From Octopus bimaculoides (lineage: Eukaryota), in NCBI RefSeq assembly GCF_001194135.2, contig NC_068985.1:88228298-88269771 (forward strand): a stretch of DNA of 41,474 nt, written 5' to 3'. The translations under genes and the position numbers were made by a program. This document shows, piece by piece, positions 1 through 13,399 of this stretch (position 1 is the stretch's first letter; each line of letters starts with the position of its first letter). Under the pieces are notes generated by a model. It worked only from the letters and a program-made list of their open reading frames with translations, ran no database searches and was not told the origin of the DNA.

Positions 1-127
1 TATATATATATATATATATATATATACACTTATATATGTATATATATGTCTATGTGTGTATATACATACTTACATACAAAGACACACAACTACACACAGA
101 CAGGCGCGCGCACACACTCACACACAA

Positions 128-160
<33 letters not shown>

Positions 161-175
161 CACACACACACACCT
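1..175. repeat. (TA)n/(CA)n compound microsatellite
   Basis: Directly visible dinucleotide runs; ORFs 36-236 and 56-322 are their translations. Confidence 0.95.
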
Positions 176-1317
176 ATACATACATCAAATATCAAAAATA
201 TTAATATTAATAACAACAAAACCGACAACAATGTGAATGAAAAGGAAAGTGCAATATTAAAAACATACATGATATTATGCTTCATTAGCAGACTAATAAT
301 ACAAAACCGGAAGTTACATTAGGTGGCACAGTAGATCCACTGTAGGGAATAACTACACAAGCAAAGCTTTTGTACGAGCAGCCAGTCGACTGGAACGGAG
401 CAGCTTATGTTATAAAGTAATTTTGTCACAGCTAGTCATTAGTTTCCGGAAGACAATTCATCACGTTAGTTCAAATATATTTTTGTTGTTTTATGTTTTT
501 TCCGTTTTGCTTTCTCTTTTCGTTCTTCCTTTCCTTTCTGTTTCTTTTTTTCTACAAATTCCTGTGTTTATATACTTTTGCTCATGCAATACGAATCATT
601 GGAAATGTTTCATTGCTATCCAGACAAATGTTAACTTGTTGAAAATGAACGTGCTCGCTCTAGGCCTATCAGGTGAAAACAGTTTTTGAAAGGGGCGTGG
701 GCAAATACCAAATGAACGTTTTTCTTAAAGGGGAATTGCCAGTATAATTGAAAATAGTGTTTGACCTGAAATCCGGCCTGCTTACAAATGTAGTAGCTGC
801 CAGCAAATAAAATATAGCGATTTTATTTTTAAATTAATAATATATTTCGCTATTGTTATCATCAGTCATATTGTTCACATTGATGTCAGAATGGGCTTAG
901 CGTTGTACTTAATGCCTTGTGATATTAAATTGTTTCTCTTTGCAATATAAGTTCAAATTCAGCCATTGGCAACTAAAATTATCGCTGTTTGGAGTTCGAT
1001 AAAATTAGTACCAGTAAAAGTGTTTATCAGATTAAATACTTTGGCCTCTTGTCAAAGTATAAATACAAGGAGAAAGTGAAGTTGGATGCAATGAAGAGTA
1101 TCAGAAAGGCTGCTGGAATGAGGAAATCTAGACAAAAATCTCTTTTTATTTAAGTCGAAGAAAAAGTATCTCTCCGAAAATAGTAAGGAAGGAAAAAAGA
1201 ATGAACGTTACTGCTTCTTATTCTACATCAAGAACGTCATAGATTTAAATTTCACGGTGGAAAATGTATTACTAAATTTTATTCTAACAAGTCTCCTTTC
1301 ATATTTGTGATAAATAC

Positions 1318-1341
1318 AATCTATCTATCTATTTCTCTCTA

Positions 1342-1401
<60 letters not shown>

Positions 1402-1607
1402 GACCGATCGATCGATCTGTCACTTCCTCTCCCCCTCTCTCTATCTATCTATATATTTTTCTATCTATCAATTTACATATTTTTCTATCTGTTTGTCTGT
1501 CTATCTGCGTGTGTATAAAACTCTATCTCACTATATATATGCGAGTGAATGCGTATGTTTGTATGTGATTGTCTGTCTGTTTGTGTCTTTGTTTGCGTGC
1601 GTCTGTC

Positions 1608-1646
<39 letters not shown>

Positions 1647-1659
1647 GTGTGCGTGTGTG
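1318..1659. repeat. (CTAT)n followed by decayed and pure (GT)n
   Basis: Perfect CTAT run ~1345-1400 and GT run ~1608-1659. Confidence 0.95.
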
Positions 1660-2108
1660 AAGCTAGTTTAAGGGTAGGTGTATTACGTAAACTATAGGTT
1701 TGTTATTTGTGTCTGTTTTCTCTTTTCCAGAAAGCGGAGCTAAATGGCATTTCGAAATGGCCAACCTCTCTGTCCTGAGTCGAAATTGAATTGTTGCACT
1801 TGGATTACTGCGTAAATGCGTGACAAGGTGGATAACCTACTGTATTCTAGATAAGTATTCATCCAGGTACATCATACGTTGCAAGATTAATTCTTCATAT
1901 CGCAAATGTGAATTTGTTTTCGTTATCTACACTCCAACTATGAAACATTGTTCGCTTGTTAGATAATAGTTCCTTCCTCAAAGAGAGTTTCCAAATAATG
2001 AAAAATATATGACAACACATTCACACACAGACACACACTAAACAGACAAACATACTCTCAGACAAGCATCTATACATGTGTCCATTCACTTATGTATAGA
2101 TATGACTA

Positions 2109-2170
<62 letters not shown>

Positions 2171-2451
2171 TTTCCATTTACTCTTCTACATATTTCAGTC
2201 ATTTGACTGCGGCCATGTAGGAGCACCGTCTTCAGTCGAATAAATCGTCCCCAGGACTTATTCTTTGTATGTCTAGGACATATTTTATCGGTTTACGACG
2301 GGCATCGTTCATGTCCAGTCTACGAAATCCACTCACAAGTCTATGGTCAGCCCGAGGCTATAGTAGAAAACATTTGCCCAAGTTGCCACGCAGTGGAAGT
2401 GAACTCTGAACCATGTTGTTTGTAAGCAATCTACTAACTACACAGCCACCC

Positions 2452-2455
<4 letters not shown>
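2171..2455 (-). mobile_element. SINE family A, internally deleted copy
   Basis: Reverse complement matches the 25338-25746 copy at the head (ggggtggctgtgtagttag...ggttcagagttcacttccactgcgtggcaac) and the tail (gacggtgctcctacatggccgcagtcaaatgactgaaat); the central microsatellite segment is missing. Confidence 0.9.
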
Positions 2456-2503
<48 letters not shown>

Positions 2504-2704
2504 NNNNNNNNNNNNNNNNNNNNNNNNNNNNNNNNNNNNNNNNNNNNNNNNNNNNNNNNNNNNNNNNNNNNNNNNNNNNNNNNNNNNNNNNNNNNNNNNN
2601 NNNNNNNNNNNNNNNNNNNNNNNNNNNNNNNNNNNNNNNNNNNNNNNNNNNNNNNNNNNNNNNNNNNNNNNNNNNNNNNNNNNNNNNNNNNNNNNNNNNN
2701 NNNN
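2504..2704. other. Assembly gap (other gaps: 7726-7867, 8627-8668, 12708-12722, 22441-22480, 26733-27332, 34186-35087)
   Basis: N runs, each abutting (TC)n, (TA)n, (GA)n, (CA/GT)n or a microsatellite-rich duplication; typical of short-read assembly breaks. Confidence 0.99.
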
Positions 2705-5485
2705 ATATATATATATATATATACGTACATATAGATATTTATTTATAGATATGCGTAGATCGATATGTGTGTGTATTTATCTTTTACTTGTTTCATCTAT
2801 TACATTGTGAGACCGTCTTAAAGTATTTTAGTGGAACGTGACAGCCTCAGCACTTACACTCGTTTCTCAGCCGCATATTTACAGAGACGTAAAGCAATGG
2901 TGGTGAACTAACACAGAAATATCAGCACAAACGTTTACACACACACACACACACACACGCACGCACACGTACACATGCATTAACGCACTCGCGAAAACAT
3001 GCACACGTGCATGCTCTCACGCCCCCTGGTGCGCATGTAGTTACCCACGCAGGAACGAACGCTCTCACGCACACTTGATCGCATGCACGATTGCACTCAC
3101 TCACGTATAAGACGGGCTTCATTCGGTACCTGCATAACAATGAATTGGTCGGCTCGGCACGAAACTAGAGTGCCCAACGTGCCACGCAATAAAACTGAAC
3201 ATTTGGGAAATATTCTGCTAACCATACAGCTACGCCTGCATCTACATAAAAATATATCTATTTAAGTTTTTATTACTAGTAACTAAGACATACTATATAG
3301 AGCATTGCTATCATTAATGTGTCTCTGTCATCTTCACATCTATAGTGCCTGTGTGTTTAAGCATATGTGTTCGTGCGACAGCTGAATTCTGTGGTAACTT
3401 ATTTGAAACCTCCGTAATGCCACTAATCAGATTCAATATGTTTATGTGCCACGCTATGTGACTTTCGTGTAGTAAAACTGCTGTTTAAATATGAAATCCC
3501 TTATTTACCTGCTGATGGAATAGAAATACCGTTAAAGGAAAAACATTTTTGAGATTTCATCTATTAACAAGCTTATAAGTTATGATATAGACTAAAGTAC
3601 CAAAAATATTTCGGTGTGTTGTGTTTTCTTTTAGGCTTTCCTGATTCGTTATATTTTCTACTCATTTGCGTCCTCATTCTTCTGGTTTCTGATACAAACC
3701 AGATGTTGGTTTAGCTTTGATTTACTTGTAATATGAAAATGTATCCAGCTTAATATCGATAAAAAATATTGATATTTTATAAATCAACAGCAAATGAATT
3801 GTATATATAATTCTGATGAGTTGAATTCCATACTTCATGAATAAATTGTCGCGTGTAATATTCATGTGATCAAATTAAAAAAGAAAAATTTAAATTGTTA
3901 TAAAGGTAGGAGTTGCCACTGCATTCTTCTTGTTTGTAATTATACATTTACACAGACACACACACATACGAATATATTCACCTAATTTTGCATTAAAATG
4001 TGTGTTGTAGAATTCTGTCCATTAAATATATACAGAACTTTATTTGATTTTTCTCTAGATGTTAGTTTACATTTATGATAGCCAGGTGTCGAAAAATTCT
4101 AATTGCTGATTTCACTAAAAACGGTACAGGGTTTAATTAAATATGTATTGAATTTGTGATATTTCCTAATAGAGGTACTTGTGTTTCTTTGCAATTAATG
4201 CATTGTGATCATGCTCTTATCTACTTCCAGGCAGGTTTCTTCCTTCTAGCATTGGTTCATGAAATCTTCAGTACGTTGTTGGAATTTCAAAATGCTCGGG
4301 AGAGGATTTTCGGAATATTATTGCCTAAAGCAGATCATCTATAGAAATGTTGCTGTGACAATTTCTTTGTGAGATTTTGGTTCCTATCAATTACAAAATT
4401 CTTTTATTCGTGATATCGTTACTATAAAATGCAAGCTACTTCTATGTGAAACATTAATATTCTTGCAGTGTAAAAATATGTGAAATATGTATCGCTACCA
4501 GACACAAAGAGCATTAATCATTTAAGCAGTGATGTAGTCATATTTTGAAACTAAAATGATAAAAAAAAATGTGCTATTAGCATGCGTGGATTTATGATCT
4601 TAAAATATCTCTCAGCACTTGGAATATCAAACGAACAAATTACTAAGTAAAGAGAAAACATGTTTATGATAGTACAATGCAAGAAATCCAAACAGAAAAA
4701 GAGCAAGAAGTGGCAATGTAAAAGTATGAACAGCAACTGAAATAACAACACCACCAAAAGCAACCACATATATTTTGCAAACGCTACCAACCTTTCTTAA
4801 ATAGAAAGTGATAATTTATTGAACGATAACAGAGTCCTTCGTCTTCCAGGAGAAAAATGGCAGAGCACGATTCTGAAAGTTGTCTCCCGTGTGCTACCAT
4901 CGATGAGTTTGTGAAATTATGAGGCTTTGGGAAGTAGGTCATGTGTTCAGTCAACTAGAACTAGTGCCAGAATGAAGGATGATACGACAATTTCAATCGT
5001 TGTATCAATACCACTACAGGTCCCTCATCGTACAGGATCAGCCAAAAGAAAGTTTGCAATACCTAACAAAAGGGAATTTTCGCTAACTAAAGGAATCATC
5101 ACATCACGTCTTTATGACAGTAGAGACAAAATAAAGAGTAAAATTGTGTGGAAGTTTACTGAAGACGGAAAGTCACGAGATAATTGGCATAAAACACGAT
5201 ACCAGAAGAATTATAATGCAATGAATATTACAAATACCACATCATGATTTGTAAGAGGTGGGCGTTAGTTTAACTTGCAGAACAATTTTAAAATGTAATA
5301 AACGCTATTGAAGAATGATTAAAAATTATAGATCCTTATAATTTTGCTGTTCTCAACAAAAGATTTATCTAAGTAACTATGTATGTATGTATGTATGTAT
5401 GTATGTATGTATGTATGTATGTATGTTTGTATGTTTGTATCTATCTATATATCTATTTATCTATCGGATCATCTATGTACATATT

Positions 5486-5516
<31 letters not shown>

Positions 5517-7290
5517 CTCAGCATCAATATTTCTCTATAGAATTACTTCTAACCTAAATTGATTTGCTTACGTTATCTTCTTACTAATGACAAGCAAGAT
5601 TATAGACAGAATTACTAACTAACGTAACATAATATATTAAATAGCTCTATTTACAATCTTGCTTAAAGTTTCCATTCGTTGCTGTACAATCCTATACAAT
5701 CTCCTATTTCTATCTCGATAATATGAAATTATCATAATTAAAGAATTGAGATCGACGGACAGTGATATATAGAGAATAATCATAGAGTTAAAATGGAAAG
5801 CGGTTTGGCAGCGAGATTGTTTGTGCTACAAACATAAACCATTGTGAGAATGTATTTCACCGTTACTATATTCCGAGTGAAGATTCCGTCTCGGCTTTGT
5901 TTTAATCGACTACTCCCTCACCGACCAAGTGAGACATTGTCTCATGTTTGATATGAAGAACAGTGTTTGAACAAAGATGGGGAGAAACGAACAAGATAAT
6001 TTATCTTATTATGACTTAAAATCTCACAAACTATATTTAATTTTTAATACAAACTAATATAACAAGATTGGCAATGAATTAATGAATTTCATTTTATTTG
6101 ACAAATATTCTTTTATATAAAGTATTTCAGATTAAGTGCATTTGGAAAAATTAAGGCTAAAATATACTAAAATAAGAAATATTCTAAATTACCACAGATT
6201 AAACAGTGGTGTGATTTAAAGCGTTTCAATTGGGAACTTAGAGACAGTTATATATAATGCAATTGTGCTTCTGACGTGTTTCTTACGTGTTTCAGTCGCT
6301 TCACATTATATTAAGTCACACATACAGTAAGAATTTTCAAATGAGAATTATATAATCGAAGAAAGTTACACGCTTTGTCCTTTATTTAAAAGGAATTTTG
6401 CGATCAGACTGTAAATCTGAAAGTTAGATCGCTCTTGTTACAACTCAGATTGTCTCCTGTAAAATAATAGATGCGTATGCGGGTTGCTTTTAGCAACCAC
6501 AGATCTTCTAATATTTATACCGCTTGCGCTAATATAAGCAAGAACGTCAGAGGTCTCGACTGCAACAAGGTCAACCATAAACTTGTGAGGAAGCAATCGA
6601 TACCTTGACAGTCATTCCCCGCCCCTCAGTCCTTCATTATCGGGGCAAAGATTGCTTTCCGCATATACGATCCCCACGAGTCAGACTGGCTGTTCCAGAG
6701 CTTCAATCTCGATTTTCTCCGGGTTGACACCTTTTCCAGTTTATCTGCTGGTACCATAAAAAATGTGAAATGTTAAACCCAACAGATTTTAATATTAACC
6801 TCTCTCAGGTTATGAGTAAGCTCAACTTCATAGTAAATTTATTTCTTGTCGGGTTTAAATTCGAAGTCAGATTTTAATTTTGTCGGAATTTAAATTCGAT
6901 AGCATTATCACTACACCTGAAATAATGAACAATTACGACTTAGCGATTGCAGCAATCAACGAGTAGACTCTGTATGGCCCTTTCTCTAGAAAATGCAGTT
7001 TATCCTCCTCAAACAAACTCTCTGACGTCATAGAAAACAAGAATCGACACAGCGTTAAATTGTAGTTTGGGTCCGAAATTATTGACCTCCTCAAATATGC
7101 AATTCTTATATGTGGAAGAATCTGGGGAATGATGTAGGTTCCATTTGATACCAACCTGCTTGAGCCTACTCCTGATTCTCTGATACAGTATTCTTGCTTT
7201 AAAATAATCTAAATTAATGTGTTCCATCGCAATATTGTCGTATTTTAATTTCATAACAACAGAATAATAAATTCCTTATTTTCAAAATAG

Positions 7291-7403
7291 ATGAAGAATA
7301 TGCGGAGTATTTCAACAGAAAATTTGCGAAAGTGGATGCGAATAAAATATGGTTCAAACTAAGAGAATTTATGGCAAACTCAGACAAGAAAACAACGAAG
7401 TAG
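7291..7403 (+). CDS. Candidate 3' terminal coding exon, unassigned ((D)EEYAEYFNRKFAKVDANKIWFKLREFMANSDKKTTK*)
   Basis: Acceptor-like ttccttattttcaaaatAG ending at 7290, open phase-1 frame to TAG 7401-7403, AATAAA at 7444-7449 followed by a T/GT-rich stretch. No upstream exon or homology identified. Confidence 0.2.
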
Positions 7404-8295
7404 AAAACTGTTAAAACAAAACAACGTTAATCTATTGATATACAATAAATGATTTATCTAATTTGGTTTTTGAATTCAAACGTCATATGAACTGTCGTTA
7501 TTTACTCCCGTTTTATTTCGACGGAGAAAATACTAATTATGCCATCATTCACTTTAATTACTTCTTATATGAGAATAAGTAGAATCAAAGTACCGGCGTC
7601 TATTAAGTTTATTGCTTTCATTATCAACAAAAATCCTATGACATTATCGTTATGAGAGTAATCCACTGTATATTGTACTTAGTATAGCTTTATTGGCACT
7701 GAATATATATATATATATATATATANNNNNNNNNNNNNNNNNNNNNNNNNNNNNNNNNNNNNNNNNNNNNNNNNNNNNNNNNNNNNNNNNNNNNNNNNNN
7801 NNNNNNNNNNNNNNNNNNNNNNNNNNNNNNNNNNNNNNNNNNNNNNNNNNNNNNNNNNNNNNNNNNNGTTTTCAGTACTCTTTAAGAATGACCTATACAT
7901 ACGCACACACAGATATGTATATATATGCGCGCGCGTGTGTGTGTATGTGTGTGTGTGTGCGCTTGTATTTTCTTTGTAAGTTTCTTGATGTCAAGTCTTG
8001 TTAAAATATGTTTTCTTTTCTATCAAGCAGGTGAATTACACCAGTATTAAACACATAAACAGCTTCAGTTTTACTATTTATTGTTATTCGTCAATTGGTT
8101 AGTGATTTAACCAGCTAACTAATAGATTGATTGATACATCATTGGGTAAATCAATCAATAAGGTGTGCTTGTCCGTTCATCCCGTGCGCGACCTCTTCAA
8201 TGATATATCATCACTTCTCCATGTTATGGAAGGTGATGAAGGAAACATTATGTTTGATGTGTGTATGTATGTATCCTTCTATCTATATATATGTA

Positions 8296-8330
<35 letters not shown>

Positions 8331-8574
8331 TTGTATGCATACAAAAACACGTATATTCATGTATGTATGCATATATGTATGTATATATGTATGCACAAGT
8401 AATTATGTATGTATGTATGAATGTTCCCTACAGATTTTAATTTAAGAAGACGGTGGTCCCTAACAAAGACAAAAAGTTCCATCTTTGGAATGTAAATAAC
8501 TAAATAACCTCCCTTTTAAAATTGAGAAAAGCCTAGCATAGATAAATAGATATGTAGGTAGGTTGATAGATAGA

Positions 8575-8575
8575 T

Positions 8576-8620
<45 letters not shown>

Positions 8621-8668
8621 AGAGAGNNNNNNNNNNNNNNNNNNNNNNNNNNNNNNNNNNNNNNNNNN

Positions 8669-8727
<59 letters not shown>
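8575..8727. repeat. (GA)n microsatellite spanning a gap
   Basis: Directly visible. Confidence 0.95.
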
Positions 8728-8730
<3 letters not shown>

Positions 8731-9639
8731 GATGAATGATTTAAGGAATAATTAATGAAAATAATTATTGGACAATATTTTCTGATTGCTTATTTTAAAA
8801 TTATCGCTATACATGCGTAGAGAAGTGTCAGCAAGAGAAACGTAACTTTAGCATAAGGAGCGAGGAAACTTCTCATGAATTGATTTATTGCCTATAAGAC
8901 AAATTTTATTGCTCGGAATATATTATAATTCATTTATTCCTTTAATTTATATATGTTTGATCTGCTTTCAAAGTATGTTGCCACCATGCCTTATGTGATA
9001 ATTCTGCACTATTGCGTCAATACGAGACGAGGCTTCAAATAGAGGGTTTCTAATTTATGTAATCTTCTCACGGTTCAACAGAAGTGGCGTTCAAATTAAA
9101 ATGATGGATTAACAACATAAAATATTTTCCGATCATTATACTTGTAATATAGCTATAACCATCAGCATAACTGCTGATCTAGTAACATATTATCGTTATA
9201 GAAGTCTTACTAAGTTGACTTCTATCATTTGTACTTATTTTGTTCAGTGATTCGTTTAAATCAAAATCCTCTCAAAGACTATCATATGAGTATCGAACAA
9301 AACAAAACAATAAAAACAGTCTCTTGCGGTCCTTCGATATTGTAACTGGGATTTCTGTTGGATAGAAAAGTGGTTTCTTTCACATGCAAAATACTTCCTA
9401 TTCGAACAGGAGTATATAAATTTAAGCACCACCAGCACACGATTGGTATTTATCCGTACTTATAAGATGCTAAGAAATTTTAACCAATAAGAGACTAAGA
9501 TTTTCATTATCACATACAAAACTACATAACGGATCAGGTTTTCTTCAATAAATCTAAATATATATCGGCACCTTCTATCTGGTATTTGTCTACAAGTTAC
9601 ATGACAGGCCTCCAGTGGATTGTGCTGGTTCGTCTACGA

Positions 9640-10520
9640 CGGTGCTGCTACACACTTCAAAATATTCCAGACCTTGTGAAAAAGGAAGATATCAGAGTTA
9701 TTGGTTTCTGGAAAAGTTGTCTGTCTCTGCAATTATGAAGTTATCTGACCCCCACAATTATAGTCAATACCTAACGCTTAATCATATACTACACAGTATC
9801 GTGCCCTTGGTCATTTTCGCTCTTGAACTCAACCGACATTATAGCGTTCTTTCACTTTGATACCACCTATCATGGGGCACTAATCCTAAACCATCACAAA
9901 AAGCTTGGTGGATTACTAAAAGCAAATATATATACACGCCCTTTCACATTCAACCAACCAAATCTCCATGACCCACGCCCTAAACGGTTTAATATTATCC
10001 ATGCTGTAATTTTAAACATTGAATGTGGCCTACAACTCGAAGAGAATCTTAGTCATTCCTGAAAAGCTTGTGGCTTCCCACTAGCAACGTGTCTCATGAT
10101 ATAAGACTAATGGTGGTGTACAAAATATTATTTTAGTGGTCACAAAGTTCTCAAGCTGTTTCGTCTCTAAAACCGAAGCAGGACTACATCAGTTCCTTTA
10201 CCAATGGACCTCCACCAACAGTGCTGTGTCAACGTTTACTGTTTTTTCTAAACAATGATGTCTCTGAAAATAGAAATAAAGAATTTACATTTACTGACCA
10301 CATTACATCTAGCTCTATGCTATACAATCTTCATTAATAGCTTCCAAATATATTCCTATCCACCCCAAAAGCATTCCCGCTGCATACAACCGATTGCTTT
10401 GAAATATCCAATTCATTGACGCTGGAAATGTCTCTTTCATTACCCTGAAATGTTACACCCCAGTAGTTCTACAATCTCCAAACACTTTAATCGCTCACTT
10501 TAAATTAGAAGCAAGACAAA
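9640..10520 (-). mobile_element. Heavily decayed LINE (RTE-like) apurinic endonuclease relic
   Basis: Minus strand gives ordered, frameshifted traces: EIVELL (~10460-10480), VVGHFN (~10018-10040, cf. the APE GDFN motif), then GVGHG..G..NVKG (cf. GVHGGYGFGxRNxEG of RTE elements). Many stops; aligned by eye only. Confidence 0.4.
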
Positions 10521-10949
10521 GTGCCACCCAGTCGAGAGGGATACAACCCTTGTAACCCAACCAACATTCGCTCTAATACTCTGTTCTTTAACATCTCTAT
10601 ATTCAAGTTAACTGTTGTTTAGAACGATGTACTTCAACTCATTGCATGTCTCTCCATGTTGTAGAGATTCACTTAATCCGGGATTAGGTACAGAACGTTT
10701 GTTTTCTTTGCAGCGCAATAGACGACAAATTTTGCTTGTCATCAAATGAGTCGAGATCACCAGTAACACATACGTGAGATCACACATCTGCCCATCTCTC
10801 TAGACTAAACAACCCTTAAATTAGTGTGTTGCATAACTACGTCTATATATTTTAGTGCAACAGCTATAAATGTTACTCAGAAATTCGAAGTCAGTTGCAT
10901 GTTTTACATACCGAATATCATGTCTTCGTATACCGAAGGAGTAAATAAT

Positions 10950-11106
10950 AAGGAAGCCAGATTTAATTCACAAACAAACAAACTATGCTGGATCATATAA
11001 ATATATAGCATACCCCGTTGACAAAATGGTATGCGATAAGGAAGAAAGAAAAGTCAAGAGATATGACAGGTTAGCTTGGGAAGTTAAGCAGTTGTGTTTG
11101 ATGAAA
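10950..11106 (+). mobile_element. Short internal fragment of an RLE-type non-LTR retrotransposon (same subfamily as 31838-32563)
   Basis: Translates with frameshifts to KPDLI..KLCWII..IAYPVDKMVCDKEERKVKRYDRLAWEVKQLCLMK, matching the KPE..QCWIIDIVCPGD..KKERNVDTYNRLAW*VKWLWSLK region of the 32 kb copy. Confidence 0.8.
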
Positions 11107-12139
11107 CATCATGGAAACATGAACTAAGCCGGGAATGGGAGACGTGTGGATTCTATCACTGACTTTTCCATTTTCCGACGTTAAGTAAGTCTAAATCATC
11201 TAATGAGCCATATTCTCACATGGCTTAGTAGATATTTCTAGCATGCCAAGGCTTTAAGTGGCAATGGACACTGTAGTAGTCAAAACACGACATCTACTAT
11301 TCTCTTCTTTTACTTCTTTACTATCTAAATTCTATTTTCTAAGAATTCTTTTATGCTTCCCTTTTCAATCCAAACTTCACATTTCGATAACCGTTGGCTT
11401 TTTCAGAAAGATTGAAGGAAATGTTTTCGTCATTTCCATTCTGATTCTTTGATTTTTCGGGAGAGACAATTTCTTCTTCAATTTATTTCAATCTTCAGGA
11501 ATGGTTTTACAAATGAGATTCTCCATGGTTATATCCGCAGTTCCCAAATCTATTAGTTCAATAAAATCTTTAGAGCAAATGTCACACAATATTCCGACTT
11601 TCTCTTTGATTCTCATGGCTACTGTCACTCTCAGCGGCGGAGAAACATTAAGAAGATATCCTAAAGGCATTAACGCAATCTTTACACCTAGATCCCCATG
11701 TGACACACCAATGGTAAATAATTCAAGGTGGTTCTACAACATTAAATTGCATTTTATGAGAGATTTCTCGTGTATTTTGGCGGTAGTTAACTCAGGTTTC
11801 TGATTTTTCTCATTTTCTTATCTTTTATAGGATATCCAAAATTTATTCATTGCATTTGTCGGCTTTATAATGTTTCAGAATAAATACTATGATACTTTTG
11901 TGGGCGTAAAAGGGAGGGAAGCATTCATCAATATGTGTAGTAGATTTAATCCATCGGTCGGTTTAACACTAACACTTAAACCTACTGGTATTTTAACAAT
12001 GTCTAAGCTGTTGCACGTGTTTCTACTGAGTCGAGGTGTGAGGATAGGATTCAGCGAGCCAAAAGGTACCTCGGCGCTAAACTTACTCTACAGGTTAAGC
12101 GATTAGATGAAAACAAAAATAACCAAGTGTGCCTGATTC

Positions 12140-12333
12140 TGGTTTCGAATTGTGGCTAAATTCTTGTATGTTCTGCTAAGGTGTTAAATCAATTACATCA
12201 ACTGCATTGCCCGACTAATACTTGTTTTATCGACCCCGAAATAACTTTGGTGGAATTTGAACTGAGAACGTAAAAATGGAAGAAATGCCTGCAGGCACTT
12301 TGCACGTTGCTCTAACGATTCTGCCAGATGACC
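12140..12333 (-). mobile_element. SINE family B, diverged copy
   Basis: Reverse complement ggtcatctggcagaatcgttag...tttacgttctcagttcaaattccacc...ggggtcgataaa matches 14269-14470 and 20736-20952. Confidence 0.85.
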
Positions 12334-12447
12334 AAATGCTCAATTGCACACATAAATACACGGCAATCCTGGGTGACCATGTCCAAATTCCAGTATTTAC
12401 ATGTATGTATGCATGGTATGGTGTGTATACACACACACAACCACACA

Positions 12448-12518
<71 letters not shown>

Positions 12519-12722
12519 CAGAGAACTACATATATATATGTACGTGTATACATACATGTATGTGTATATATATACATATATGCACTTTTGTTATTTACAC
12601 CACCTGTCCTCGTCTGTTGTTATTATTTGTATATTCTCCCATACATATATATATGTACGTGTATACATACATGTATGTGTATATATATACATATATGCAC
12701 TTTTGTTNNNNNNNNNNNNNNN

Positions 12723-12760
<38 letters not shown>

Positions 12761-13017
12761 GTATATACAGGGGCGCTTACAAAAATTCACTTTGGGTAGC
12801 AACTTTATCAAGTGGTGAAAAGGTCGCCATAGCTGTTTTCATATATATAACTTGTCTACGCATGCGAACTACCATATATAAAAATGCACGTAAATATCAA
12901 AGATATATACAAACTGTTATCCACCTAAATACAGAGATGTACAGTGCACATTCATAGAAATTACCAAACGTTTACACATATACGCTCACAAGTATACCCA
13001 ATCATAGAAATAATTGA

Positions 13018-13399
13018 GGCAGTTCTTCGGTCACGACGACGTGGGTTACAGTCGATCCGATGAATGCAGCATGCCGCCAGTGAAATTAACGCGCAAGTGG
13101 CTGAGCACTCCACAGACATGTGTACCCTTAACGTAGTTCTCGGAGAGATTCTACGTGACAGAGAATGTGACAAGGCTGGTCCTTTGAAATACAGGTACAA
13201 CAGAATCAGTTAGAAAGAGTTTGGGAGAAAATTATGATGAAAGTGTACAGTAGGGTTCGCCACCACGCCCTGCTGGAGTCTCGTGGAGCTTTAGGCGTTT
13301 TTGGTGCAGAAACACTCGAAATGCCCGGTATGGGAATCGAAATCTCGATTCTACGACCGCAAGGCCGCTACTCTAACCACTGGGCTATTGCGCCTCTAC
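13018..13399 (-). mobile_element. tRNA-derived SINE family D, near full length
   Basis: Minus strand starts gtagaggcgcaatagcccagtggttag (A-box-like) ... gatttcgattccc (B-box-like), followed by a ~300 bp non-tRNA body. Confidence 0.85.

Noticed and set aside
306-701. ETS-like ACCGGAAGT (306-314) and GC-box GGGGCGTGGG (692-701) as a promoter
   Set aside because: Two short motifs 380 bp apart with no CpG island or linked exon; compatible with chance.
1731-1867. Strong acceptor ttttctcttttccAG followed by a possible exon
   Set aside because: Stops in all three frames and no convincing donor; could only be non-coding and there is no support for that.
3812-3850. Other CTGATGA/CTGAAGA hits (3813, 5159, 29581 minus, 31866)
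   Set aside because: No stem II plus GAAA plus stem I arrangement follows; chance heptamers.
4620-5247. 106-aa ORF 4927-5247 and upstream frame as a gene or TE
   Set aside because: TTG start, several in-frame stops just upstream, and no recognisable motif in any frame.
6797-6822. ctctctcAG-GTTATGA-GTAAGC as a 7-nt microexon
   Set aside because: Short pyrimidine tract and not frame-preserving; much weaker than the 15392 site.
6933-7254. Overlapping minus-strand ORFs of 73 and 81 aa
   Set aside because: No homology recognised, no good splice signals, and lengths within chance expectation.
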